From Candidatus Uhrbacteria bacterium (GTDB lineage: Bacteria > Patescibacteriota > Patescibacteriia > UBA9934), in assembly GCA_943359525.1 (NCBI GenBank), contig CALRHV010000001.1, positions 7,181 to 71,180 of the forward strand: DNA of 64,000 nt, in the 5' to 3' direction. The translations under genes and the position numbers were made by a program. Below the pieces are notes generated by a model that was not told the DNA's origin, made no database searches, and saw only the letters and a list, made by a program, of their open reading frames with translations. Below are positions 8,173 through 20,549 of the stretch, one piece after another. Position 1 is the stretch's first letter. Every line of letters begins with the position of its first letter.

Positions 8173-9900
8173 TTAGCGACGAAGTTTTTCAAGCGCACAG
8201 TTCCACAGCGTTTTGCATCGATTCCCCACCGTCAGTCGTGCGACGATTTTTTCGCGACATGCTTCGATTGCTTCAAATGTGGGGACGCGATCCAGCCACG
8301 ATGCACGGAAATACCATGCGATGAGTGCAATTGCGCCAGTAAGGATACCGATGATTCCCATGCGCAACGTCCCCATTGCAGTGACGATGCCTCCGTTAAA
8401 CGTTCCCGCAGCGCTGGTAAGTGGATCAGCACCGATAGCAGCGAAAAGTTGCGGCAGCGCGAATCCGCTCACGAGTGCGAGGAATGCGAGCAGCACAATG
8501 GGAGTGAGTTGCGAATCGGTTGCCTCGGTGATGACCTTCTCCGATTCTGCTCGCGATGAACCAAGGAATACGCCGATGATCACGCGACCAACACTCACAA
8601 TCGACAACAGCACACAAAGATCAAAGATAACGAGGATAGCACCAGAGATAATTGCCAGCGGAAGCGCTATGTCGGGAAAAGCCCCCCAAAGTGTTGTGGC
8701 AAACATCCAGGCGCTCGTGAACGTTGCAAACGGCGGAAAGCCAATGGCACAGAGGAGAAGAATGAACGCAGCAATCGTTAGCTTGGGCATTTTTTCTGCA
8801 AGGCCTCCGGTATGGTTGATGTTCGATCCCACAATATCGCCGACGAGGAAGAGGCCCGATCCTGCGATAGCACTAACCGTAATCTGTACGAATGCCGCAA
8901 ACAGCATCACATTCATTGCCTCATAGATTGCGACAGCTTGGAACGCCATTGCACCGGCAACCATCGTTATTGCAACACCCATGCTCTGTAAACTGATATT
9001 ACTGAAGATGCGTTGAATGTTCTTTTCATTCAGCGCACAAATTGCGCCGCACACAATCGTCAATACACCAAGCAAAGCCACAGGAAGAGCGAACCAGATG
9101 GACAACGGCGGAAGAATGAACAGAATACACCTTACGAATCCGTAAAAGGCCACGCCAGAAAGCACTCCTCGGAATAACGCGCTGATATGTGCAGGAACGG
9201 TTGCGTGGACGTTGCGGAGCCAGCGATGCATCGGGAACAGGCCAATGGTGCTCGCGAAGCCAAAGAGCAACAGACCGTAGCCAACAGTGAGCTGAATTGG
9301 ATCGATTTGGCCAGCGAGATATGCGAGCGTGCCGAAGTCGCTAAACAACGCGCCGGAAGAAAGAATAAAGAAACCAGCAGTGAGTGCCGCGATACCGAGT
9401 TGCGAGATGGTCAGAAATTGCAGCGCGACCGACTTTTCCGATCGCGAAAAAACGAGAAAGAACACGGAGAACATCATTACGGCCCAGGAGGCAATGAAAC
9501 CGATAATGTTTCCGGAGATGAACACCCACTGTGCACCAATGACGAAAAGCGCGCTGAGGATTCCGACGTGACGAAGATGCGCGAGATTGTTTTGGTGCTT
9601 TGCTCCATACACCAACGCGTAGAGACCAGCCGCTGCGATCACAATCGATATCCCAACAAAAAAGATCGCACTGAAGCGATCCAACGCGATCGTCATCCCA
9701 TAGAACATCGGAACGGACATAGTGAACGGTGCTTCGGCGACGGCGCCGTATGCACCAGCGATTGCTCCTCCAATTCCTGAAAGGGCAAGGAGAAGCGAGT
9801 TCCATTTGAACGACATCGCCGGCTTAAGGAACGCCGACACCACAAGGGCAAGCACCGGAGCAACCATGGCAATATAGAGTGTATTCTCAAAAGGTGTCAT
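8173..9900 (-). CDS. NADH-quinone oxidoreductase subunit L/M or Mrp antiporter MnhA/D-like membrane protein (PF00361)
   Basis: 575 aa, more than 14 TM helices; …FPMHRWLRNVHATVPAHISALFRGVLSGVAF… matches the WLPDA..GPTPVSAL region of complex-I antiporter-like subunits. Confidence 0.65.
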   Translation of the reverse strand: MTPFENTLYIAMVAPVLALVVSAFLKPAMSFKWNSLLLALSGIGGAIAGAYGAVAEAPFTMSVPMFYGMTIALDRFSAIFFVGISIVIAAAGLYALVYGAKHQNNLAHLRHVGILSALFVIGAQWVFISGNIIGFIASWAVMMFSVFFLVFSRSEKSVALQFLTISQLGIAALTAGFFILSSGALFSDFGTLAYLAGQIDPIQLTVGYGLLLFGFASTIGLFPMHRWLRNVHATVPAHISALFRGVLSGVAFYGFVRCILFILPPLSIWFALPVALLGVLTIVCGAICALNEKNIQRIFSNISLQSMGVAITMVAGAMAFQAVAIYEAMNVMLFAAFVQITVSAIAGSGLFLVGDIVGSNINHTGGLAEKMPKLTIAAFILLLCAIGFPPFATFTSAWMFATTLWGAFPDIALPLAIISGAILVIFDLCVLLSIVSVGRVIIGVFLGSSRAESEKVITEATDSQLTPIVLLAFLALVSGFALPQLFAAIGADPLTSAAGTFNGGIVTAMGTLRMGIIGILTGAIALIAWYFRASWLDRVPTFEAIEACREKIVARLTVGNRCKTLWNCALEKLRR

Positions 9901-9974
9901 AGCCTGGAAATATTACGGAATAAGTCCCTGTATATCAGCCGAAGTGTATGGTTTATAGGGTTCCCGATCAAGCA

Positions 9975-10015
9975 GGTTGTCCACTGCAAAAATGACCCTT
10001 CCCGGCCTTATGGCT
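9975..10015 (-). terminator. Rho-independent terminator of the atp operon
   Basis: About 15-bp GC-rich stem (aatgacccttcccggcc / ggctggggagggtcatt) followed on the minus strand by TTTTTGC. Confidence 0.7.
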
Positions 10016-10036
10016 GGGGAGGGTCATTGATCGCGT

Positions 10037-10477
10037 TTATCCCTCGGAACGGTGCTGTCTCGACTTCCCTTTTTTCATCGCTACACGATATCTCGCTAAT
10101 TCGCGTTCCAAGTGGGCCGCGGCGTCGGCGAACCCAACGTCGTTTTTGTCTCGGAGTTCTCGCAAATTGTCTTCCGCGAGTTTCTTTGCGGCTTCGATTG
10201 CGGCGATTTCGAGCTCTTCACTACGCTCTGCCGTGTCGGCGAGAACAACGATCGACGAACCGTCGCGAACCTCGAAAAGCCCGGTGGACGTTGCGAGGAG
10301 CGTTTCCTGTTTGTCGTTCATAATCCGCATCTCGCCAGCCTTCATGAGCGCCAAAAGCGGAATGTGATTCGGCAGAACAGTGATCTCGCCCATACTCGTC
10401 ATAACCGAAATTGAATCCGCCTCGCCTTCTTGGACGATGCGTTCTGGCGTAACGATTTGGTATTTGAGTTTTGGCAT
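10037..10477 (-). CDS. atpC: F0F1 ATP synthase subunit epsilon
   Basis: MPKLKYQIVTPERIVQEGEADSISVMTSMGEITVLPNHIPLL…; last gene of atp operon. Confidence 0.9.
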   Translation of the reverse strand: MPKLKYQIVTPERIVQEGEADSISVMTSMGEITVLPNHIPLLALMKAGEMRIMNDKQETLLATSTGLFEVRDGSSIVVLADTAERSEELEIAAIEAAKKLAEDNLRELRDKNDVGFADAAAHLERELARYRVAMKKGKSRQHRSEG

Positions 10478-10637
10478 AGAGTGGTGGATGCGAGCGATTC
10501 AACGGGTGGCACCGAGGGAGGCCCCCGTACGGAGCGCAACGAGCGCCGTAGTAACGTGATGATCGCCGATGAAGTGACGCGCGCGGTGAGCACCGTAACG
10601 GGGTCCGAGGTGACAGGACCCGTTGATGAGCTCGCAA

Positions 10638-12895
<2,258 letters not shown>

Positions 12896-12897
12896 AG

Positions 12898-14406
12898 TTA
12901 GGCCGTGAACGTTGAAAGGAATTTCTTCAGCTCCGCTTCGAGATTTGTTTTGATGTCGCCAGAAACGTCGCGAGCATCCACGATCGATTTCAACACCGAC
13001 GCACCGCTCGATTCAAAGTAGCGCAAACACTCTTCCTCGAACTTCTGCATGGCGGTGACTGGCAATGCGTCGAGCATGCCGGTGTTGAGTGCGAAGATGA
13101 CGATTGCCTGTTTCGCAAACGATATTGGCGAGTACTGTTTCTGTTTCATCAACTCCATCGCACGACGACCGCGTTCGATTTGTTTCTTCGTTGCCTCGTC
13201 GAGGTCGGAAGCGAACTGTGCGAACGCTTCGAGTTCGCGAAACTGCGCAAGGTCAACCTTGAGTGTCTTTGCAACGTTCTTCATTGCCTTGGTCTGTGCA
13301 GATGATCCAACACGCGACACGGAAAGACCAACGTTCAGCGCTGGGCGCTGTCCGCGGTAGAAGAGATCGGACTCCAGATAAATTTGTCCGTCAGTGATCG
13401 AGATAACGTTTGTTGGAATGTATGCTGACACGTCGCCACCTTGGGTTTCGATGATCGGCAATGCAGTGATCGATCCTCCGCCATGTTCTTCGTTCAAGCG
13501 CGCAGAACGCTCGAGCAAACGAGAATGCAGGTAGAAGACGTCGCCAGGATATGCCTCGCGGCCTGGTGGACGGCGGAGCAACAAGGAGATTTCGCGATAT
13601 GCCCACGCGTGCTTACTCAAATCATCGTACACAATAAGCACGTCTTCGCCCTTTGCCATGAAGTATTCAGCGATTGCACAGCCTGCGTACGGAGCAAGGT
13701 ACTGCATTGCGGCTGGATCCGATGCTCCAGCAAGAACGATGGTGGTGTAGTCCATTGCGCCAGCAGCTTCGAATCGCGCCATGATCTGCGCAACCTTCGA
13801 TTCTTTCTGTCCAATAGCAACGTAAATACACTTCACGTTCTCGCCCTTCTGGTTGAGAATCGTATCAATAGCGATTGCGGTCTTTCCCGTCTGACGATCG
13901 CCGATGATGAGTTCGCGCTGACCACGACCCACTGGAATAAGCGCATCGATTGCTTTGATTCCCGTATGCATTGGAACGGAAACAGATTTACGTGTCATGA
14001 CGCCTGGAGCAACCTTCTCCACTGGAGCAAGATTCTTTGTGGAGATCGCGCCCTTTCCGTCGAGTGCATTTCCCAATGGATCAAGAATACGTCCAACAGT
14101 TTCTTCACCGACAGGAATAGAAAGAATACGACCAGTGCTTCGCGCAGTGTCGCCGGCCTTCACACCACGTGCGTCACCGAGAATAATGACGCCGATCGTT
14201 TCTTCTTCAAGGTTGAGCGCGACGCCGAACACGCCGTTGCCGAAGTCGATCATTTCTTGGCTCATCGCATTGCCGAGGCCGGACAAGCGAGCAACGCCGT
14301 CGGACACGCTCATGACGGTTCCCACTCGCTCTTCGTGCGCTTCGACTTTAAACTCGTCGATGCGTTCGCGGAGTACTGCAATGATGTCTGCTTTTTTGGT
14401 TGCCAT
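12898..14406 (-). CDS. atpA: F0F1 ATP synthase subunit alpha (ORF begins with TTG at 14436; ATG at 14406 avoids overlap with atpH)
   Basis: GDRQTGKTA P-loop, full-length alpha subunit. Confidence 0.95.
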   Translation of the reverse strand: MATKKADIIAVLRERIDEFKVEAHEERVGTVMSVSDGVARLSGLGNAMSQEMIDFGNGVFGVALNLEEETIGVIILGDARGVKAGDTARSTGRILSIPVGEETVGRILDPLGNALDGKGAISTKNLAPVEKVAPGVMTRKSVSVPMHTGIKAIDALIPVGRGQRELIIGDRQTGKTAIAIDTILNQKGENVKCIYVAIGQKESKVAQIMARFEAAGAMDYTTIVLAGASDPAAMQYLAPYAGCAIAEYFMAKGEDVLIVYDDLSKHAWAYREISLLLRRPPGREAYPGDVFYLHSRLLERSARLNEEHGGGSITALPIIETQGGDVSAYIPTNVISITDGQIYLESDLFYRGQRPALNVGLSVSRVGSSAQTKAMKNVAKTLKVDLAQFRELEAFAQFASDLDEATKKQIERGRRAMELMKQKQYSPISFAKQAIVIFALNTGMLDALPVTAMQKFEEECLRYFESSGASVLKSIVDARDVSGDIKTNLEAELKKFLSTFTA

Positions 14407-14416
14407 AGATTGGGGT

Positions 14417-14812
14417 TCAAGATGCTGCGCTATCAAGGGACTGTTTCAATCGCTGAAGGATCCCTGCCACACTTGCGTCGATACGCCGGTCGTCGATGCG
14501 GATCACTGCGCCACCCATTAAGCGTTCATCGATACGTTCAGTAATATCTGCGCCAGGAGCATTTGCCTCGATCGCCTTTCGCATGGCAACGGTGAGTGGA
14601 TGTGCCGAGACGACGGTAACGTTCGCTGCGCCGAACTTTCGTTTCCAGGCGCCGTGAATTTCTCGTTCAACATCGCGCCATTTGTGCATCATGCCTCGTG
14701 TGGCAAGCTCGCCCACAAAGGCGTCGATAATTTTCACCAGCTCGGCGCGAGTGACATCGACACATTCATCGACGAGCACTGTGGCAAGATGACGTGGAGT
14801 AAGCTTTGGCAT
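14417..14812 (-). CDS. atpH: F0F1 ATP synthase subunit delta (OSCP), short form
   Basis: Position between atpF and atpA, helical 131 aa. Confidence 0.7.
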   Translation of the reverse strand: MPKLTPRHLATVLVDECVDVTRAELVKIIDAFVGELATRGMMHKWRDVEREIHGAWKRKFGAANVTVVSAHPLTVAMRKAIEANAPGADITERIDERLMGGAVIRIDDRRIDASVAGILQRLKQSLDSAAS

Positions 14813-14813
14813 A

Positions 14814-15365
14814 TTACGTCATCTTTCGCACAACCTCTTCTGCGAGTGATTGCGACTTCTTTTCCGTCAGCCCTTCCGTCACAATCTTCGCTGCTGCGCG
14901 AACCGCGATGTCAACAACATCCTTGCGCAACGCCGTAAGCGACGCCTCGCGTTCTGCTACGAGCTGTTCCTTGCCCTTTGCAATCACGCGCTCTACTTCA
15001 CGTTTCGCGGCCTCGAGCATTTCGTTCTTGCGGGCATCTGTTTCCTTCATTGCCCCTTCAATGATTGCTTGCGATTCTTTCAGCACAGATGCAAGCATTG
15101 CACTGCGCTCTGCTTCTGCTGCCTTCATACGCGCAGAAATGTCTTCCACGTCTTTCATGCTCTTCGCGATCGCTGCCTCGCGTTTATCGAGGATAGCGAG
15201 GATTGGTTTGTAAACAAAGCGCCACAACACAATAAGTACGAGAAGGAAGTTTACCAGTTGCGCAGCGAATAAATCGCCGCGAATACCAAAGGTTCCAAGA
15301 ACGCCGGTGTCGGACGCTGGCTGTTCGGATGCTGTTGCCGTAGGTGATTCGATTGCTAATGACAT
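14814..15365 (-). CDS. atpF: F0F1 ATP synthase subunit b
   Basis: Single N-terminal TM helix followed by long charged coiled coil. Confidence 0.8.
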   Translation of the reverse strand: MSLAIESPTATASEQPASDTGVLGTFGIRGDLFAAQLVNFLLVLIVLWRFVYKPILAILDKREAAIAKSMKDVEDISARMKAAEAERSAMLASVLKESQAIIEGAMKETDARKNEMLEAAKREVERVIAKGKEQLVAEREASLTALRKDVVDIAVRAAAKIVTEGLTEKKSQSLAEEVVRKMT

Positions 15366-15439
15366 AGAAGTTCGCTATTTCGATCTCATGACACGCAGAG
15401 GTTCGATGAATCGAATCCCCTGACGTGTAACGACATCGT

Positions 15440-15718
<279 letters not shown>

Positions 15719-16564
15719 TTATGCATGATGCTCTTCCTCGTGTCCGCCGTGTGGAGTACTTGCAATGACTAAGTATACCAACGTCAGCATAGAGAAGACG
15801 GTTGCCTGCACAATGCCGACGAGAATTTCAAGGAACATGAATGGGATTGGCAGAACATACGAAATAAGTCCGAGCATGACCGTCATTAAGATTTCTCCCG
15901 CAAATACGTTACCGAATAATCGAAGCGAAAGCGAGAGGACTTTCGCAATCTCGCCGATGATCTCCAGGAGGCCGACGCCGAATTCAATGACGGCAGTAAT
16001 GATGGCCATCGGACCGTGCTTCAGCGACTTCCAGATTCCCTTCACGTTCACGAACTTACTGAAATAGTTGAACACGCCAAATGCGCGAACGCCAATAAAG
16101 TGCGAAAAGAACACGGCCGTGAGCGCAATCGCCAACGTGAAGTTCAGGTCGCTCCCAGCGGATCGCAACAAGGGAACAAGTTCCACCTCGCCGTGCATAA
16201 TTTCGTAAATACCAATAGTGCCTGTGCCCGGAATCAATCCTAACCAGTTGTTTGCGAGTACGACCAAGAAGATCGTTGCGATCAGCGGCAAGAATTGACG
16301 GGCAAGCTTTCGGCTACCAGCAACTTTTTCAATTTCGTTTGAAAGTGTTTCGACAATAGCCTCGATGACATTTTGAATCCCCCGAGGAACAAGGCCTTGC
16401 CGACGGGTCGCAATACAAGCGACGACGACGAAAAAAGCTGTCACAATCCATGCGTTCACCATGGTGTTGGTGACGGGGAATGCGCCAATATGCGCGATTG
16501 GTTCCGCAGCAAGCGGAATAATTGCGTAATTAAGGAGCGATGAGTTTTTGATACTCTTTTGCAT
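15719..16564 (-). CDS. atpB: F0F1 ATP synthase subunit a
   Basis: Polytopic; conserved …LSLRLFGNVFAGEIL… Arg motif. Confidence 0.92.
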   Translation of the reverse strand: MQKSIKNSSLLNYAIIPLAAEPIAHIGAFPVTNTMVNAWIVTAFFVVVACIATRRQGLVPRGIQNVIEAIVETLSNEIEKVAGSRKLARQFLPLIATIFLVVLANNWLGLIPGTGTIGIYEIMHGEVELVPLLRSAGSDLNFTLAIALTAVFFSHFIGVRAFGVFNYFSKFVNVKGIWKSLKHGPMAIITAVIEFGVGLLEIIGEIAKVLSLSLRLFGNVFAGEILMTVMLGLISYVLPIPFMFLEILVGIVQATVFSMLTLVYLVIASTPHGGHEEEHHA

Positions 16565-16769
16565 ACTGCCGAACTTTTTTCACAAGAATGAACGCGGTGC
16601 CCAAGAATGTTGCCGTAAGCAGCACCACGAACAGGACTCGGCCTGTGCCATAGCGAGCATCCAGGAACTTTCCCACGATTGCCGCAACGAATGCTGGCAC
16701 AAGGATTGTTCCGGTGATGTCTACCATCGCCTTCAATGCAAACCGCATTGATTCCCGATAATCGTCCAT
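16530..16769 (-). CDS. ATP synthase protein I-like small membrane protein
   Basis: 79 aa, two TM helices, first gene of atp operon, overlaps atpB start. Confidence 0.5.
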   Translation of the reverse strand: MDDYRESMRFALKAMVDITGTILVPAFVAAIVGKFLDARYGTGRVLFVVLLTATFLGTAFILVKKVRQYAKEYQKLIAP

Positions 16770-16839
16770 AAAGCGGCATGAGTATACCGTACGCGCAAGA
16801 GAATTGAAAGATTACTGGTGGGAAAAGAAGATACAATGG

Positions 16840-17700
16840 CTAGGATAAGCGGAAAAGCTGGCGGGCGTTTTCCGTGGTAACGCGGGCAACCTCGGCAAGT
16901 GAAACGCCTTTTACGTCGGCGATGGCTTGGGCGACGAGGACGACGTTGGCGGGTTCGTTCCGTTTTCCTCGGAGTGGCACGGGGGAGAGATACGGGCAGT
17001 CTGTTTCGATCATCATCTGCTCCAAAGGGATCTCTCTTACTGCAGCAGCAAGGGATTTCCCGAAGGTTACGATCCCGGTGATTGAGATCAAAAAACCGAG
17101 ATCGGCATACTTCGCCGCATCGTCGATCGTGCCCGTAAAGCAATGAATCACTCCCCTACGCTCAATTCCCCCTCGGCCAATCTCCTCGGCAATGAGTGTT
17201 CGCATATCATCGTGCGCTCCGGTTACGTCGGCCGTTGCGCCACCACGACAATGAATCACGACAGGCTTGTTGTGTTTGGTGGCGAACTGAAGCTGTTGAC
17301 GGGCGACGTTGCGTTGATCGTTTTTGAACACTTCAACGTCCATTCCGTTCGGAATGCGAGAATAGTCGAGACCGAATTCGCCGATCGCGACAACCTTCGG
17401 ATGAGAGACGAGCGATTTGTAGCGTGCTTCATCGAATTCGCGCTCCGGCATCGGCTTATCGTGCGTCTCTTCGTTCTCGTCGACGAAGTTGTGATCGTGC
17501 ACATGTCCTGGATGCAAACCAATCGTGCACCACACACCGTCGTGCTGTTCGGCGAAGTCGATTCCAGACATACTCGTCGCGAATTTCGTTCCAACGGTAA
17601 TCAAAGAAATCCCGTTATCGCGAGCACGTTGCAACACCTCGGCACCATCGGCGCTGAAGGCTGGGAAATGAAGGTGGGCATGAGAGTCGATAAAGTCCAT
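16840..17700 (-). CDS. tatD: TatD-family metal-dependent hydrolase / DNase
   Basis: MDFIDSHAHLHF…, IGEFGLDY, HCFTG, ETDCPYL motifs. Confidence 0.85.
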   Translation of the reverse strand: MDFIDSHAHLHFPAFSADGAEVLQRARDNGISLITVGTKFATSMSGIDFAEQHDGVWCTIGLHPGHVHDHNFVDENEETHDKPMPEREFDEARYKSLVSHPKVVAIGEFGLDYSRIPNGMDVEVFKNDQRNVARQQLQFATKHNKPVVIHCRGGATADVTGAHDDMRTLIAEEIGRGGIERRGVIHCFTGTIDDAAKYADLGFLISITGIVTFGKSLAAAVREIPLEQMMIETDCPYLSPVPLRGKRNEPANVVLVAQAIADVKGVSLAEVARVTTENARQLFRLS

Positions 17701-17744
17701 AGAAGAAATAATCTGAAACTGATTCTTTGGATGGTGGTGAGAAT

Positions 17745-17990
17745 GATAAAAAAGTGCATTGTTGGCGATCCTTATGCTCCGACCGGCAGTTCAATTTCCA
17801 ATTTTGGCGATGTTGTGTTGACACAACATTTCGTGTGCAGAAATGCCAATGATTTTCACAATCAGATGTCGTGTCGACACAACATCCTCAATTTCGCAAA
17901 ACACACATGCCTGTCGCCGACGATGTCTGTCATTCGTTCGCCTCCGTCACCACGTCCCAACCCCCTCCAAAGATCAGTTTCAGAGCAGCC
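17745..17990. repeat. Repeat family copy 2 (approximate bounds)
   Basis: Aligns along about 240 bp with copy 1, including both tgt(c/t)gtgt(c/t)gacacaacat boxes. Confidence 0.8.
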
Positions 17991-18453
17991 CTGCATTGCT
18001 TTCAATATCGACCGCGCGGCTGACGACTGATGATGAGAGAAGCGAGATTCGTACATCGCCGATTGGAACAAGCGTTACAGCAACGTAGGCGAGAACAAGA
18101 ATCGCTACAGCAGATTGTGCTACGCCGAATGCAGCGCCGAGAAGATTGTTGATGAAGTTTACAAACGGAATAATTGCGATGATTTTTCGAACCAAATCGA
18201 GTGCGTCAACAATGTATTGCGCGAGGCGACTGACGATGAGGGTAAGAATCAAAAACGCAACAATCGTAATCCACGGATGCTCCGCAAACGACAGTCCGTA
18301 TGCTTCATCTAACCAATTCATGGCGTAGAACGACGCGACGACACTGGCGACGAGCGCAACCAAACTTCCGAACGACCGCACAAAACCACTTCGCCATCCA
18401 GCAAATGCCATGACAATAACGAAAATGATGATGAGAATGTCGACGATACCCAT
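17980..18453 (-). CDS. cvpA: CvpA-family membrane protein
   Basis: Four TM helices, MGIVDILIIIFVIVMAFAGWRSGFVRSFGSLVALV… pattern. Confidence 0.7.
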   Translation of the reverse strand: MGIVDILIIIFVIVMAFAGWRSGFVRSFGSLVALVASVVASFYAMNWLDEAYGLSFAEHPWITIVAFLILTLIVSRLAQYIVDALDLVRKIIAIIPFVNFINNLLGAAFGVAQSAVAILVLAYVAVTLVPIGDVRISLLSSSVVSRAVDIESNAGLL

Positions 18454-18454
18454 A

Positions 18455-19885
18455 TTATCGATCTCTTCGTGGGAACAACGGCTCTCCAGCTACAAGAATA
18501 TCACTTTCGTATCGGCGGAGAATTTCCGCAGCAGTTGTAGGAATAACTGGCTCAAGCGCAACGCCAATCCATCGAATCATCGCCGCAAGTTCGGACAGTG
18601 ACTTCTTTGCAGCAGCCGGGTCAACTTTGACGAGTTTGAAAGGTTCCTCGGTCCCGATTTTTACGTTCGCGACATCGACCACACTCCAAACGAGGTCAAC
18701 GTACTTTCGGAAATCGTATTCTCTGAGCGCTTCATCAAGTTCAGCACTAACTCCATCGTACACAACACGATCGATTCCCTCCGGAAAACTCTTCGCACAC
18801 ATCGCCGCGACACGACTTACCAAGTTACCGAGGCCGTTCGCAAGTTTCGTCGCGAAAAGAATTTCGAATTGTTCCTTTGAGTAGTCGCCATCTTGCCACG
18901 ACGGCATTCCGCCAAGGAGGTACAAACGTGTAGCGTCTGTTCCGTATTCCGCAACAAGATCGTACGGATTAATCACGTTCCCGATGGACTTACTCATCTT
19001 CTGTCCATCAGCCGTGACGTAACCATGAATGAATACTTGCTTCGATGGCTCGATCCCAACCGACATCACCATCGCTTGCCACATCGCGGTTTGCTGACGA
19101 AGATTGTCCTTCCCTGCCACCTGCACGCTTGGCCACGCAGAATCAAAAAGCGATCCAGACTTTGGCCAGCCGAGTGTTGAGATGTAGTTTACGAGCGCAT
19201 CGAACCACACATACATCACCTGCTCTTCATCGCCGGGTACAGAAACACCCCACGGCATTTTCGATTTCAGGCGCGAGATACTGAAATCGTTCAGTCCTCC
19301 CTCCACGAACGCTCGAATCTCATTCATGCGTGCCTGTGGCATCACGAAGTCTGGACGGTCACGATACAGATCGAGAAGCTTTTGCTGATATTTTGAAAAT
19401 GCGAAGAAATAATTTTCTTCCTCGATCAGGTCGAGATCACGATTCGGATGAATCGGGCAGCGGCCTTCAACGAGCTCAGAGTCTGTTTTTTCGAGTTCGC
19501 ACCCAACGCAATACTTAATCGAATACTGTTTCTTATAGATGTCGCCGTTCGCATCGCATCGCTTCCAGAATTCTTGCGCGGCCGCAATATGATGTTCGTT
19601 GGTTGTGCGAATGAAATGCGTGTAACTCAAATTCAACGACGACTTCAAACCATCAAACTTCGCCGCGTATTCGTCGCAATACGCCTTTGGATCGAGTCCG
19701 GCCTCAATAGCCTTCTGATAAATCTTCTGACCGTGTTCGTCTGTTCCTGTATTAAAAACAACATCTTCGCCCTTCGATCGATGATATCTCGCCAACATGT
19801 CGGCCTGCACAATCTCCAATGCAAACCCAATATGCGGATCAGCGTTAACGTACGGAAGCGTTGTGGTGATGGAATATGTCGACAT
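18455..19885 (-). CDS. metG: Methionine--tRNA ligase (start at internal Met; longer ORF would overlap rsmI)
   Basis: Class I HIGH-like (PHIGFAL) and KMSKS motifs, Zn knuckle CVGCELEK…CPIH. Confidence 0.93.
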   Translation of the reverse strand: MSTYSITTTLPYVNADPHIGFALEIVQADMLARYHRSKGEDVVFNTGTDEHGQKIYQKAIEAGLDPKAYCDEYAAKFDGLKSSLNLSYTHFIRTTNEHHIAAAQEFWKRCDANGDIYKKQYSIKYCVGCELEKTDSELVEGRCPIHPNRDLDLIEEENYFFAFSKYQQKLLDLYRDRPDFVMPQARMNEIRAFVEGGLNDFSISRLKSKMPWGVSVPGDEEQVMYVWFDALVNYISTLGWPKSGSLFDSAWPSVQVAGKDNLRQQTAMWQAMVMSVGIEPSKQVFIHGYVTADGQKMSKSIGNVINPYDLVAEYGTDATRLYLLGGMPSWQDGDYSKEQFEILFATKLANGLGNLVSRVAAMCAKSFPEGIDRVVYDGVSAELDEALREYDFRKYVDLVWSVVDVANVKIGTEEPFKLVKVDPAAAKKSLSELAAMIRWIGVALEPVIPTTAAEILRRYESDILVAGEPLFPRRDR

Positions 19886-19889
19886 ATGG

Positions 19890-20543
19890 TTATTCGCGAT
19901 CAACGACGATAACAAACTCCCCTCGCGTGCTCGTCTTTTCAAGATCGACCAGAATCGACTCTACGGTGCCACGATATATTGTCTCATGGATTTTTGTGAG
20001 CTCGCGGCAAACAATCAACTTTCGGTTCAATTCCTTCATCGCCTCGAGCGTTTTAACGATTCGATGCGTCGATTCATACATGACGACCGCATGATCGATC
20101 TCGCCAATTTCGCGGAAGAACCTCTCACGACCCTTCTTGTTCGGCGGAAAACCAACAAAGGTGAATCGATCGAGCGCAATTCCGGCAATCGAGAGTGCCG
20201 CGATTGCTGCGCTCGCACCAGGAATCGGCGACACTTTTACGCCGGCTATAACAGCATCGGCAACAAGGAATCCACCGGGATCCGAAATACACGGCGTTCC
20301 TGCATCCGTAATAATCGCCATGTCGATTCCAGAAACGAGTTGGTCAACAATCTTTTTTCGCGCCAACTGATCGGTATGCTCATGAAATGCCATGAGTGTT
20401 GGGCGTACTTGAAGATGCGCCATCAACTTGCTCGACACTCGCGTGTCCTCGCACAACACAATTTCAACACTCGCAAAAATTGCCTTTGCTCGTTCGGTTA
20501 CATCGCCAAGATTTCCGATCGGAGTCGCGACGACGTACAGCAT
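19890..20543 (-). CDS. rsmI: 16S rRNA (cytidine1402-2'-O)-methyltransferase RsmI
   Basis: MLYVVATPIGNLGDVTERA…, tetrapyrrole-methylase fold. Confidence 0.88.
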   Translation of the reverse strand: MLYVVATPIGNLGDVTERAKAIFASVEIVLCEDTRVSSKLMAHLQVRPTLMAFHEHTDQLARKKIVDQLVSGIDMAIITDAGTPCISDPGGFLVADAVIAGVKVSPIPGASAAIAALSIAGIALDRFTFVGFPPNKKGRERFFREIGEIDHAVVMYESTHRIVKTLEAMKELNRKLIVCRELTKIHETIYRGTVESILVDLEKTSTRGEFVIVVDRE

Positions 20544-20549
20544 AAATTC

